Part shown: one piece after another, positions 33,477 through 41,722 of the stretch
Layout: every line of letters starts with the position of its first letter
How positions within the stretch are numbered: the first letter of the stretch is position 1
DNA from: Desulfobacteraceae bacterium
GTDB lineage: Bacteria > Desulfobacterota > Desulfobacteria > Desulfobacterales > SURF-7
NCBI GenBank assembly: GCA_003599865.1
Contig: QZKS01000093.1
Span: forward strand, 3,484-67,483
Direction: 5' to 3'
DNA: 64,000 nt
Program-made: the position numbers and the translations under genes
Notes under the pieces: generated by a model
Told to the model about the DNA's origin: nothing
The model's database searches: none
What the model saw: the letters and a program-made list of their open reading frames with translations, nothing else

Positions 33477-36400
33477 AACGTCTCAAGGATCGTCTACACA
33501 AAGTGATTGTTATCGGCGCAACACCGTCAGGGATTGCGGCAACCAACAAACTCGGTGAGCTGGGCATCCCGGTTACCCTGGTGGATGGGGATGCGGATTT
33601 GAATCAGAAGCTGGCCAATGAGGACTGGCGGCTCCGGTCCGGCATTCCGTTTAATTTTGCCCACCGTCCCGGTCTGATCCGCATTCTGCGGAATTCCCGC
33701 ATCAACTGTATTCTGCCGGCCCGGGTTTCGTCCATCAAGCACAATCAGCAGGGATTCAGTGTCAGCCTGACCCGGCAGCAGACGTTTGTGGACGGGGAAA
33801 AATGTATTCTGTGCGGACGCTGTGTGGAAATTTGTCCCATCAGCACGGACCCTGCGGAAAAGGCCGTCAGATTCAATGGCCGGTTCAGCCTGCCCGGCAG
33901 ACCGGTGATTGACAAGAGGCGCCTGCCCTTGTGCCGGGAAAACTGCCCGTTGGGCGTAAACGCCCAGGGATATATCGCACTGGCCAAAGCCGGCAGATAT
34001 CCGGAAGCCCTGGCATTGATCCGGGAAAAGAATATCCTGCCCGGCATCTGCGGACGGATCTGCACCCATCCTTGTGAAACCGCCTGCCGCCGGGAACAGC
34101 TGGACGAGGCGGTTTCCATTCGTGCGGTTAAACGATTTCTGGCGGATTATGAAGCACGGCATCCGGAAAATATCAAGGTGCCGGTTTCCGGAGCCGGCCG
34201 GCCCGAATGTTTTGCCGTGATCGGTTCCGGACCGGCCGGTCTGGCGGCAGCCGCCCAACTGGCAAAACACGGCTGTCAGGTCAAGGTCTACGATCAGGAA
34301 AAAATGGCAGGCGGCCTGCTGCGCTACGGCATCGGCCCTCATCGTCTGCCCCGGAACATCCTGGATGCCGAACTGAAATATATTGAACGGATGGGTGTGG
34401 AATTCATCCTGTCCCGGCACATTGACCTTGCCGCAGATCTTGAACAAATGCAGCAGGAGACGGACGGCATCCTGATCACTACCGGTTCCTGGAAGGACCG
34501 GAAGCTCGGTGTGGAAGGAGAGGATCTGGAAGGCGTGGAAGGCTGTCTGTCTTTCTTAAACCGGTTTTACCGGGAAGAGAAAATCATTGTCAGGGAAAAG
34601 GTGGCGGTCATCGGCGACGGCAATGCAGCCTTTGACCTGGCCAGAACCCTTTCCCGGGCGGGAGCTGCGGTTACCATTGTATCCTGGTTCGGCAGAGACG
34701 AAATTCCGGCAGATGCCGAAGAGGTCAAAGGCGCCCTGGAAGAAGGCATCGCTATCGTGGACCGGACACGGGTAATCGGATTTGAGGGGGAGGAAGGCCG
34801 TTTCCGGCAGTTGCGGTGCAGACCCACCCGGCCGGGAGAACCGGATGCCAAAGGCATTGCATGGCCGGTGGTCGTGGAAGACAGCCCGTCCTTTGCCCTG
34901 GAATTTGAAAAGGCTTTTGTGGCGATCGGACAGACCGGTCCGCTCATGCCGGAAGGAGGGCTTGCGGTAAACCGGTTCGGGTATATTGATACGGATGCTC
35001 ATTTCCGAACGAACAAAGAAGGAATTTACGCAGCCGGAGACTCGGTCAGCGGACCCTCCACAGTGGTGAACGCCATGGCCCGGGGCCGGGCTGCGGCAGA
35101 TCGGATGCTGCTGGATATCTGTGATATTCCCTTGCCGGAAGAGTCATGCCGGCGGCCGGAAGAAAAGGATTTTCCGGAAATCGGTTCCCATATTCCCATC
35201 CGGCACCGCACACCCATGCCGGAAAAAAGGGCGGTCAAGCGCAAGGACAGTTTTGATGAAGTGGCTCTCGGCCTGACGGAAGCCGATATTCTCTATGAAG
35301 CGCAGCGCTGCCTCCAGTGCGGCGTATGTGCGGAATGCATGCAGTGTGTGGAAGCCTGTAAGGCGGTGGGCGCGATTCACCATGAAGAATCCGTTGAGGC
35401 CATGGTGGAACAGGCCGGTGTCGTCATAATTGCCGACCCGGAACTGGCGCCGTCGGTTCGGGGGGATGATATCATTCGCGCGTACGGCCCCCGTTCCTCC
35501 AGAGTGGATATCTATGCCATGCTCATGCGGGGATTTGCCGCTGCCGCACAGGCCATGGTCCTGCTCGGCAGTGCCTCTCCCATTCAGAAAGGGCATGGGG
35601 TCTCCTTTCTTCCGCCGGATCCCGTCATATCCGAACCCAAACGAATCGGCGTGTTTGTATGCAACTGCAACCGGTCCCTGGGCTGGCTGGATGATATGGA
35701 TCATTATGTCCAGGACCTGAAAGGCAACAAGGATGTGGTGCATGCAGAGGTGATGGCTTCGGCCTGTATACCGGAAGGGATCAGCTCCATCATTAAAACC
35801 GTCCGCGACAAGGGGATCACCCGTCTGGTACTGGGTTCCTGTGTCTGCTGTTCACTGGATTTCGCGTGCAGTTCCTGCACGGATCAGAGAAGCCGGTTGA
35901 AGCATGCGCTGTTTACCGCCACCGGCATCAGCCGTTCCATGGTAGTGACCCGCAACATCCGGGGTGAAGCCCTGAGCCTTCTGGCAAAAGATCCGGATCA
36001 GGCCCTCGTCAACTTTAAGGGACTGCTGAACCGGTCCATGAAGAGTACCCGGAATCTGAAGACATTTTCCTCACCGGTACGGAACTATAATTTTGCCGCT
36101 GCCGTGATCGGGGAGAGTGAAGCGGCTGTCCACAGTGCCGTGACCCTGGCACGGTCCGGCATGGATGTATTCATGTTCACAAAGGGGAATCAGCCCCCCG
36201 AAGGCATAAGGGGTTTTGCCAATATCCACTGTTTTGAGAACGCGGATGTTCATCGCCTCAGCGGGACCCTGGGGGATTTCAAGCTGGATGTCCACACCAG
36301 CGGATTCAAGCAGAGCCTGCATGTGGGTACGGTCATCCTGGGGGAAAAATCCCGGAAGATGATCGGCTATGCCCGTCAGGACAGCATGCCCAACCGGCCG

Positions 36401-36823
36401 GTCGTCTGTGCCATGCAGACCAGGGGAGAGCCGGGGATTCCCCAGTTTTATCCGGGGATGACATCCATTGCCGGTCTGTTTCTGGCAAATCCGCCAGGTC
36501 TTCAGATTTCCAGCAAGCAGAAGGGCGAGGCAGCGGCCATTCTGGCGGCGGCGGTGATGCCGCGGGGACCGCGCAAGAGCAAGGGCTATACGGTATTCAT
36601 CCGTCAGGAGTTGTGCCGCGGGTGCGGAAGGTGTGCGGCGGTCTGTCCTTACCAGGCGGTAACGCTTCAGGCCAATGAAATCGGGGGATGGCATGCATGG
36701 GTGGATGAGGCGTTCTGCAAGGGATGCGGCAACTGCATATCGGTATGTCCGACCAATGCGGCGGACAGCCCGTATCGAAACCAGTTGTTTTTTGAGAAAA
36801 CCCTGGAGGAAATTCTGCTGTAA
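33473..36823 (+). CDS. Large HdrL-like flavo-iron-sulfur oxidoreductase, a fusion of a GltD/NfnB-like NAD(P)H module, an HdrA-like module and ferredoxin domains
   Basis: 1116 aa. Motifs in order: N-terminal dinucleotide fold VIVIGATPSGIAATNKLG; CILCGRCVEICP; GltD-type CRENCPLGVNAQGYI...GRICTHPCETACRR plus FAVIGSGPAGLAAAAQLAKHG...GGLLRYGIGPHRLP; VAVIGDGNAAFDLA; an HdrA-type IGVFVCNCNRSLGW block; and C-terminal CRGCGRCAAVCP and CKGCGNCISVCP. It has a 4-nt overlap with korC. Confidence 0.75.
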   Translation: MKRLKDRLHKVIVIGATPSGIAATNKLGELGIPVTLVDGDADLNQKLANEDWRLRSGIPFNFAHRPGLIRILRNSRINCILPARVSSIKHNQQGFSVSLTRQQTFVDGEKCILCGRCVEICPISTDPAEKAVRFNGRFSLPGRPVIDKRRLPLCRENCPLGVNAQGYIALAKAGRYPEALALIREKNILPGICGRICTHPCETACRREQLDEAVSIRAVKRFLADYEARHPENIKVPVSGAGRPECFAVIGSGPAGLAAAAQLAKHGCQVKVYDQEKMAGGLLRYGIGPHRLPRNILDAELKYIERMGVEFILSRHIDLAADLEQMQQETDGILITTGSWKDRKLGVEGEDLEGVEGCLSFLNRFYREEKIIVREKVAVIGDGNAAFDLARTLSRAGAAVTIVSWFGRDEIPADAEEVKGALEEGIAIVDRTRVIGFEGEEGRFRQLRCRPTRPGEPDAKGIAWPVVVEDSPSFALEFEKAFVAIGQTGPLMPEGGLAVNRFGYIDTDAHFRTNKEGIYAAGDSVSGPSTVVNAMARGRAAADRMLLDICDIPLPEESCRRPEEKDFPEIGSHIPIRHRTPMPEKRAVKRKDSFDEVALGLTEADILYEAQRCLQCGVCAECMQCVEACKAVGAIHHEESVEAMVEQAGVVIIADPELAPSVRGDDIIRAYGPRSSRVDIYAMLMRGFAAAAQAMVLLGSASPIQKGHGVSFLPPDPVISEPKRIGVFVCNCNRSLGWLDDMDHYVQDLKGNKDVVHAEVMASACIPEGISSIIKTVRDKGITRLVLGSCVCCSLDFACSSCTDQRSRLKHALFTATGISRSMVVTRNIRGEALSLLAKDPDQALVNFKGLLNRSMKSTRNLKTFSSPVRNYNFAAAVIGESEAAVHSAVTLARSGMDVFMFTKGNQPPEGIRGFANIHCFENADVHRLSGTLGDFKLDVHTSGFKQSLHVGTVILGEKSRKMIGYARQDSMPNRPVVCAMQTRGEPGIPQFYPGMTSIAGLFLANPPGLQISSKQKGEAAAILAAAVMPRGPRKSKGYTVFIRQELCRGCGRCAAVCPYQAVTLQANEIGGWHAWVDEAFCKGCGNCISVCPTNAADSPYRNQLFFEKTLEEILL

Positions 36824-36840
36824 GGGATGAAACAACCCGG

Positions 36841-38505
36841 ATGACCGGCATCATGACAAAACGGCAGCAAACAATACCGGAACCGCGGAACCGCGAATCC
36901 GTTGAATTTGGATTGATTATGGAAAATTATAACATCATTCTGTTTTTATGCAACTGGGGACCACACGCCGCTTACCAGCAGCTCCAGGACAATGGGTATC
37001 AGATTCCGCCGGAGGTGAAGATGGTACGGATTCCCTGTACCGGTAGAATCAGCAAGGCATTGCTTTTCAAAGCATTTGAAATGGGTGCCGACGGTGTTGC
37101 CATTGTGGGATGCAATTCCGGAGCCTGCCGGTATGGAAGCGGGACATTGACGGCGGAAAACAATACCGAGGACACCCGCAGTATCATTGATCTTCTGGGA
37201 ATGGGCAAGGAGCGAATGCGGCTGGCCACCTTTCTGCCGGATGAAAGCGGAGCCCTGAAAACCTTTCTGGCGGATTTCTGTGAAGAGATCAAGGCCATGG
37301 GGAAAAGTCCGGTTCTGCCTTCCGCAAGCCGGCCGCCGGAAACTTCCGGTGAATCGGTCCGGCAGATTCTGGCCCGATACGATGCAAACAGCTGTCAGGA
37401 CTGCGGCAAATGTACGGCCTCCTGTCCTCTGGCGCTGAGCGGAAAGGCCTATTCTCCCCGCAACCTGGTCAGCGACATCATCCGGGGCAACGATACCGCC
37501 GGCAAGATCAATGCGGATATCCATGCCTGTCTGACCTGCGGTATCTGCTATGAACGGTGTCCGTCAAATGTGAATTTTCCGGAGTTCATCCGGGACATGC
37601 GCTGTATCCTGAACCGGGACGGCGAAGGATCGGATAGAACGCAACCCCACGGCGGTTTTTTCCAGTCCCTGATGCGGACCATGACATCACCTGCGATTTT
37701 GCCGGACCGATGGAAGTGGCTTCCGGAAGACATTCAGACGGACCCTGACGGCAAGATTCTTTTTTTCGGCGGATGTGCCCCGTATTTCGACGCTTTTTTT
37801 AAAAAGCATCAGCAGGTGAATACCGTCGATATTATTGCCGATGCGCTCCGGCTTCTGAATTTTTTTGATGTCCGTCCGCGGCTGATGGAAGCGGAACGAT
37901 GCTGCGGTCATGATCTTTTGTGGTCCGGGGATCGAACCAATTTTCTGCGTCTGGCCAAACTCAATACGGAGATGATCCGGGATCTTGGCATTGAAACCGT
38001 GATCACGGCCTGTCCGGAATGTTACCATACCATGAGTCTTGAATATCCGAAAAACGGCATTCAGCCGGGATTTACCGTCATGCATCTCTATACCTTTCTG
38101 GAACATGAGATCGACAAGGGGGCGGTTACCTTCAAGCCGCTGCCCCATCGCATCACGTATCAGGATTCGTGCCGGATGAACCGCATGGAGGAGATCAGGG
38201 ATCTGCCGCGCAAGCTGATTCAGCGGCTTTCCGTCGAACAGTTCAGGGAGATGAAGGATTCGGGGCTTTCCGCCTTGTGCTGCGGAAACTGCGCCTGGAC
38301 AGGATGCGACGCTTACACCAAGGCCCTTCAGGTCAAGCGTATCCGTCAGGCCCATGATACGGGAAGCGATCTTATGGTAACCTCCTGTCCCAAGTGCCAG
38401 ATCCATCTCCGTTGTGCCATGGAGGATCCGTTTCAGGAAGCGGAACTGAAAATGGAGATGACGGACCTGACGAGTCTGATCGCGCGGACGATCTGCTGGG
38501 AATAG
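36841..38505 (+). CDS. MvhD-like domain fused to HdrC-like (2x[4Fe-4S]) and HdrB-like (CCG) domains
   Basis: The MvhD block is IILFLCNWGPHAAY...VRIPCTGRIS...GADGVAIVGCNSGACRY. The ferredoxin motifs are CQDCGKCTASCP and CLTCGICYERCP. The CCG motifs are ERCCGHDLL and ALCCGNCAW. The start is uncertain; an alternative ATG lies at 36919. Confidence 0.75.
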   Translation: MTGIMTKRQQTIPEPRNRESVEFGLIMENYNIILFLCNWGPHAAYQQLQDNGYQIPPEVKMVRIPCTGRISKALLFKAFEMGADGVAIVGCNSGACRYGSGTLTAENNTEDTRSIIDLLGMGKERMRLATFLPDESGALKTFLADFCEEIKAMGKSPVLPSASRPPETSGESVRQILARYDANSCQDCGKCTASCPLALSGKAYSPRNLVSDIIRGNDTAGKINADIHACLTCGICYERCPSNVNFPEFIRDMRCILNRDGEGSDRTQPHGGFFQSLMRTMTSPAILPDRWKWLPEDIQTDPDGKILFFGGCAPYFDAFFKKHQQVNTVDIIADALRLLNFFDVRPRLMEAERCCGHDLLWSGDRTNFLRLAKLNTEMIRDLGIETVITACPECYHTMSLEYPKNGIQPGFTVMHLYTFLEHEIDKGAVTFKPLPHRITYQDSCRMNRMEEIRDLPRKLIQRLSVEQFREMKDSGLSALCCGNCAWTGCDAYTKALQVKRIRQAHDTGSDLMVTSCPKCQIHLRCAMEDPFQEAELKMEMTDLTSLIARTICWE

Positions 38506-38589
38506 TGGTTGATCGGGGAATTGTAATTTGGAATCATTAGGAAAAAAAGTACGGAATGCGGTTATCCTGCAAAAAAGAAGGAATGGAAA

Positions 38590-41031
38590 ATGAGAACAAG
38601 TCCCGTTGAGACGGCGCCCCGGCAAACCGGCGCACGCATCGGTGTCTATGTCTGCCGCTGCGGATTGAATATCGCGCAGACGGTGGACTGTGAAAAAGTC
38701 GCCCGAAACGTCAGTGAACTGGAAAATGTAGTGGTTTCCAAAGAGATCCCTTATGCCTGTTCGGAGCCGGGTCAGATGGAGATCAAGGAGGATATCCGGG
38801 AGAACAACCTGGACCGGATCGTGGTGGCTTCCTGCTCGCCGCGTCTGCATGAGCCGACCTTCCGGAAGATGATGCTCCAGGCGGATCTGAATCCCTATAT
38901 GCTGGAAATGGCAAATCTGCGTGAGCAATGCAGCTGGGTGCATATGCAGGAACCGGAATATGCCACAGCCAAGGCCGAAGATCTGGTCCGCATGTCCGTA
39001 TCGCGGGTCGGTCTGCTGGCGCCGCTGTATGAGGAAACCCTCCCGCTGATCAAAAAGACGATGGTGATCGGCGGCGGCGTGGCCGGGATTCAGGCGGCTC
39101 TCGATCTGGCGGACAACGGCTATGAAGTGATCCTGGTGGAAAAGAATCCGTCCATCGGCGGAACCATGGCGCAGCTGGACAAAACCTTTCCCACCATGGA
39201 CTGCTCCATCTGAATTCTCGGGCCGAAAATGGCGGATGCCGGTCGGCATCCAAACATCACCCTTCACACCATGAGTGAGGTGGCCGGGGTCGGCGGGTAT
39301 GTGGGAAACTTCAACGTCAAGATCGTGAAAAGGGCGCGCCATGTGGATGAGACGGCCTGCACCTCCTGCGGGGAGTGCGCCAATGTCTGTCCGGTGGTGT
39401 TCCCCGATGAATTCAATATGGGGCTGTCATCCCGAAAGGCAGTGTATATACCGTTTCCCCAGGCGGTTCCTTCGGCCTATGTGATCAATATGAATGAATG
39501 CATGGGGCGCGGATGTTCCAAGTGCCTGGATGTGTGCGACAAGAAATGCATTCATTTTCACATGTCGGATCAGGAGATTCAGGTCAAGGTCGGCTCCATT
39601 GTGGTGGCGACCGGTCTGGAACCCTATGATCCCCGGGAAATGGATGAGTACGGCTACACTCGTTTTGAGAATGTGGTCACCAGCCTGGAGTTTGAACGGC
39701 TGATCAACGCCGGCGGTCCGACCAAAGGGGCGCTGATCCGTCCCAAGGACCGGAAACATCCTCAATCCATGGGATTCATTCAGTGTGTGGGGTCCCGCTC
39801 CCAACGAAAGGGCGGTCAGTACTGCTCCAATATCTGCTGCATGAATACCATCAAAAACAGTCTGGTGCTGAAGGAACATGATCCGGATATGGAGATCAAG
39901 GTTTTTTACACCGATATCCGGGCCTTTGGAAAGGGTTTTGAGGATCTGTACAACCGCAGCCGCAGTCTGGGCGTTCAATATATCCGCGGCCTGCCCGGAA
40001 CGGTGGAGGAAATGGATGACGGCGGGATGCGGATTGCCGTGGAGAATACCGCCACCGGAAAGATTGAATTCCATGATCTGGACATGCTGGTCCTGTCCAT
40101 CGGTATGAAACCGTCAGCCGGTGCCCGGAAACTTCAGGAAATGCTGGGGTTGCAGATCACGCCCGACGGATTTTTCCTGGAGGCGCATCCCAAGCTTCAG
40201 CCGGTGGACGCCGCTACCCGCGGAATCTTCTATGCCGGTTGTGCCGAAGGCCCCAAGGACATCAAGGAAAGCGTCACCCAGGGTTCGGCTGCTGCGGCCC
40301 GGGCCATTCGATTGATGCACAAGGGGGTGATCACCACCGAACCCATTACTTCCATGGTGATTGCAGAGCACTGCAGATCCTGCGGAAAGTGCGCCGAGGT
40401 CTGCCCTTACAACGCCATCACCGTTGATGTGAAAAAGAAGACCCCTGCCGTGGTCAACAGCGCTGCCTGCGCCGGATGCGGCACCTGTGCGGCGGAGTGC
40501 GCTTTCGGGGCGATCACCATGAACCATTTCACGGATGTGCAGATTCTGAGTCAGGTGGATACCATGCTGGCGGAAAAGGCGGCGGAAAAGATCCCGACCT
40601 TTGCCTGCAACTGGTGTTCCTATGCGGGTGCGGATTTTGCCGGTGTTTCCCGGCTTCAGTATCCGGCCAATGTGCGGCTGATCCGGACCATGTGTTCCGG
40701 GCGCGTGGATGAGAAATTCATCTGGCACGCCTTTGAGAAAGGTGCGCCTGTGGTGCTGGTGAGCGGTTGTCATATCGGCGACTGCCATTATATTGATGCC
40801 AACCACTGGACGGAAAAGCGGATTGCCAAACTTCACAAGAAGATGGAAAAAAAGGGCATCCGCCCGGAAAGACTCCAGCTTGCCTGGATCAGCGCTGCCG
40901 AAGGCGTTCGTTTTGCCGGGGTGATGGCTGAAATGGAGGCCTTGCGGAAAACCGTGACCCGTGAAGAGATACAGGAGACGATCCTCTTGCTGCAAGACAA
41001 GGAGAAGCAGGAAGGCATGGAAAGAACTTGA
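38590..41031 (+). CDS. hdrA: Heterodisulfide reductase subunit A with a C-terminal MvhD domain. It is a selenoprotein: the in-frame TGA at 39211..39213 is read as selenocysteine.
   Basis: Track ORFs 38590..39213 and 39229..41031 are in the same frame. The junction reads LDKTFPTMDCSI-TGA-ILGPKMADAG, which is the conserved HdrA motif DKTFPTxDCSxC-ILxPKM with TGA at the Cys position. HdrA blocks are present on both sides: IGVYVCRCGLNI and VIGGGVAGIQAALDLA upstream, CTSCGECANVCP, GFIQCVGSR and YCSNICCM downstream. The C-terminal MvhD block is FACNWCSYAGADFAG. Confidence 0.85.
39234..39251 (+). promoter_or_regulatory. Candidate bacterial SECIS hairpin downstream of the hdrA UGA
   Basis: GGATGCC-ggtc-GGCATCC is a perfect 7-bp stem with a 4-nt GGUC loop. 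It starts 20 nt after the UGA, and the loop contains GU as in bacterial SECIS apical loops. Confidence 0.5.
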
Positions 41032-41078
41032 CTTTTTACCGCGGAACTCTTTATATGCCAATCAACATATGATTCATC

Positions 41079-41152
41079 CCTGTCATGCCGGACCTGATCC
41101 GGCATCCAGAAGCTTCTGAAGTTACTGGATGCCGGGTCAAGCCCGGCATGAC
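41079..41152. repeat. Double-hairpin palindromic repeat element of the CCGTCA-hairpin-TCCAG ... CTGGA-hairpin-TGAC family
   Basis: cctgtcATGCCGGAcctgaTCCGGCATccag, a 15-nt spacer, then ctggaTGCCGGGtcaaGCCCGGCAtgac. It lies 48 nt after the hdrA stop and may double as a terminator. Confidence 0.65.
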
Positions 41153-41213
41153 TAAAATAATGATTTTTCACTTTTACGAAAACATCAACATATATAAATT
41201 TTCTGAAGAGCGG

Positions 41214-41690
41214 ATGATGCTGTCCGATATTGAAAAAAAAGTGATTGCCCTGATACAGGGAGATCTTCCGGTCACGGAAAGACCCTATCTGGAAATCGCG
41301 GAAAAGCTGGGGCTGGGCGAAGAGGAAGTCCTCGGCATCCTGCAGAAATTATCCGATCTCGGGGTGATGAGGCGTTTCGGCGCCACCCTCCGGCATCAGA
41401 AATCAGGATACCGGGCAAACGCCATGGTGGCCTGGCAGGTGGATGAAGACCGGGTTGAGGAGGTGGGGGAGATGCTGGCTTCCTTTCAGGAGGTCTCCCA
41501 TTGTTATCGCCGCAACCCGGCCAAAGACTGGCCGTATAACCTGTATACCATGGTCCATGCCCGGGATCGAAAAACATGCCGTGATACGGCAAAACGGATG
41601 GCGGAAAAGGTATCTGTGAGCAATTACACCCTGTTGTTCAGCAAACGGGAGTTGAAGAAAACTTCCATGAAGTATTTTTCAGCCGTATAA
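41214..41690 (+). CDS. Siroheme decarboxylase-type AsnC/Lrp-like protein (AhbA/AhbB, NirD/L/G/H family)
   Basis: ORF 41085..41690; the first 43 codons translate the repeat element, so I moved the start to ATG 41214. Family blocks are IEKKVIALIQGDLPVTERPYLEIAEKLG..EEEVLGILQKL.D.GVMRRFGA, AMVAW.V and EVSHCYRR...WPYNLYTMVHA. Confidence 0.7.
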   Translation: MMLSDIEKKVIALIQGDLPVTERPYLEIAEKLGLGEEEVLGILQKLSDLGVMRRFGATLRHQKSGYRANAMVAWQVDEDRVEEVGEMLASFQEVSHCYRRNPAKDWPYNLYTMVHARDRKTCRDTAKRMAEKVSVSNYTLLFSKRELKKTSMKYFSAV

Positions 41691-41722
41691 TGATTTTAAT
41701 TCAGGAACGCTGATCCCCGATC

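Noticed and set aside
37687-39342. A 551-aa ORF on the minus strand spanning the mvhD-hdrCB and hdrA genes
   Set aside because: It is antisense to two genes with unambiguous conserved motifs. Its translation is an Arg/Gly/His/Pro-rich low-complexity string with no recognisable domain. This is a typical GC-driven shadow ORF.
38590-41031. The alternative reading of hdrA as two genes (38590..39213 and 39229..41031) or as a pseudogene
   Set aside because: Both parts are in the same frame. The TGA replaces a conserved Cys inside an invariant motif, and a hairpin follows at SECIS distance. Selenocysteine recoding is the more parsimonious explanation, though it still needs confirmation of the sel genes elsewhere.
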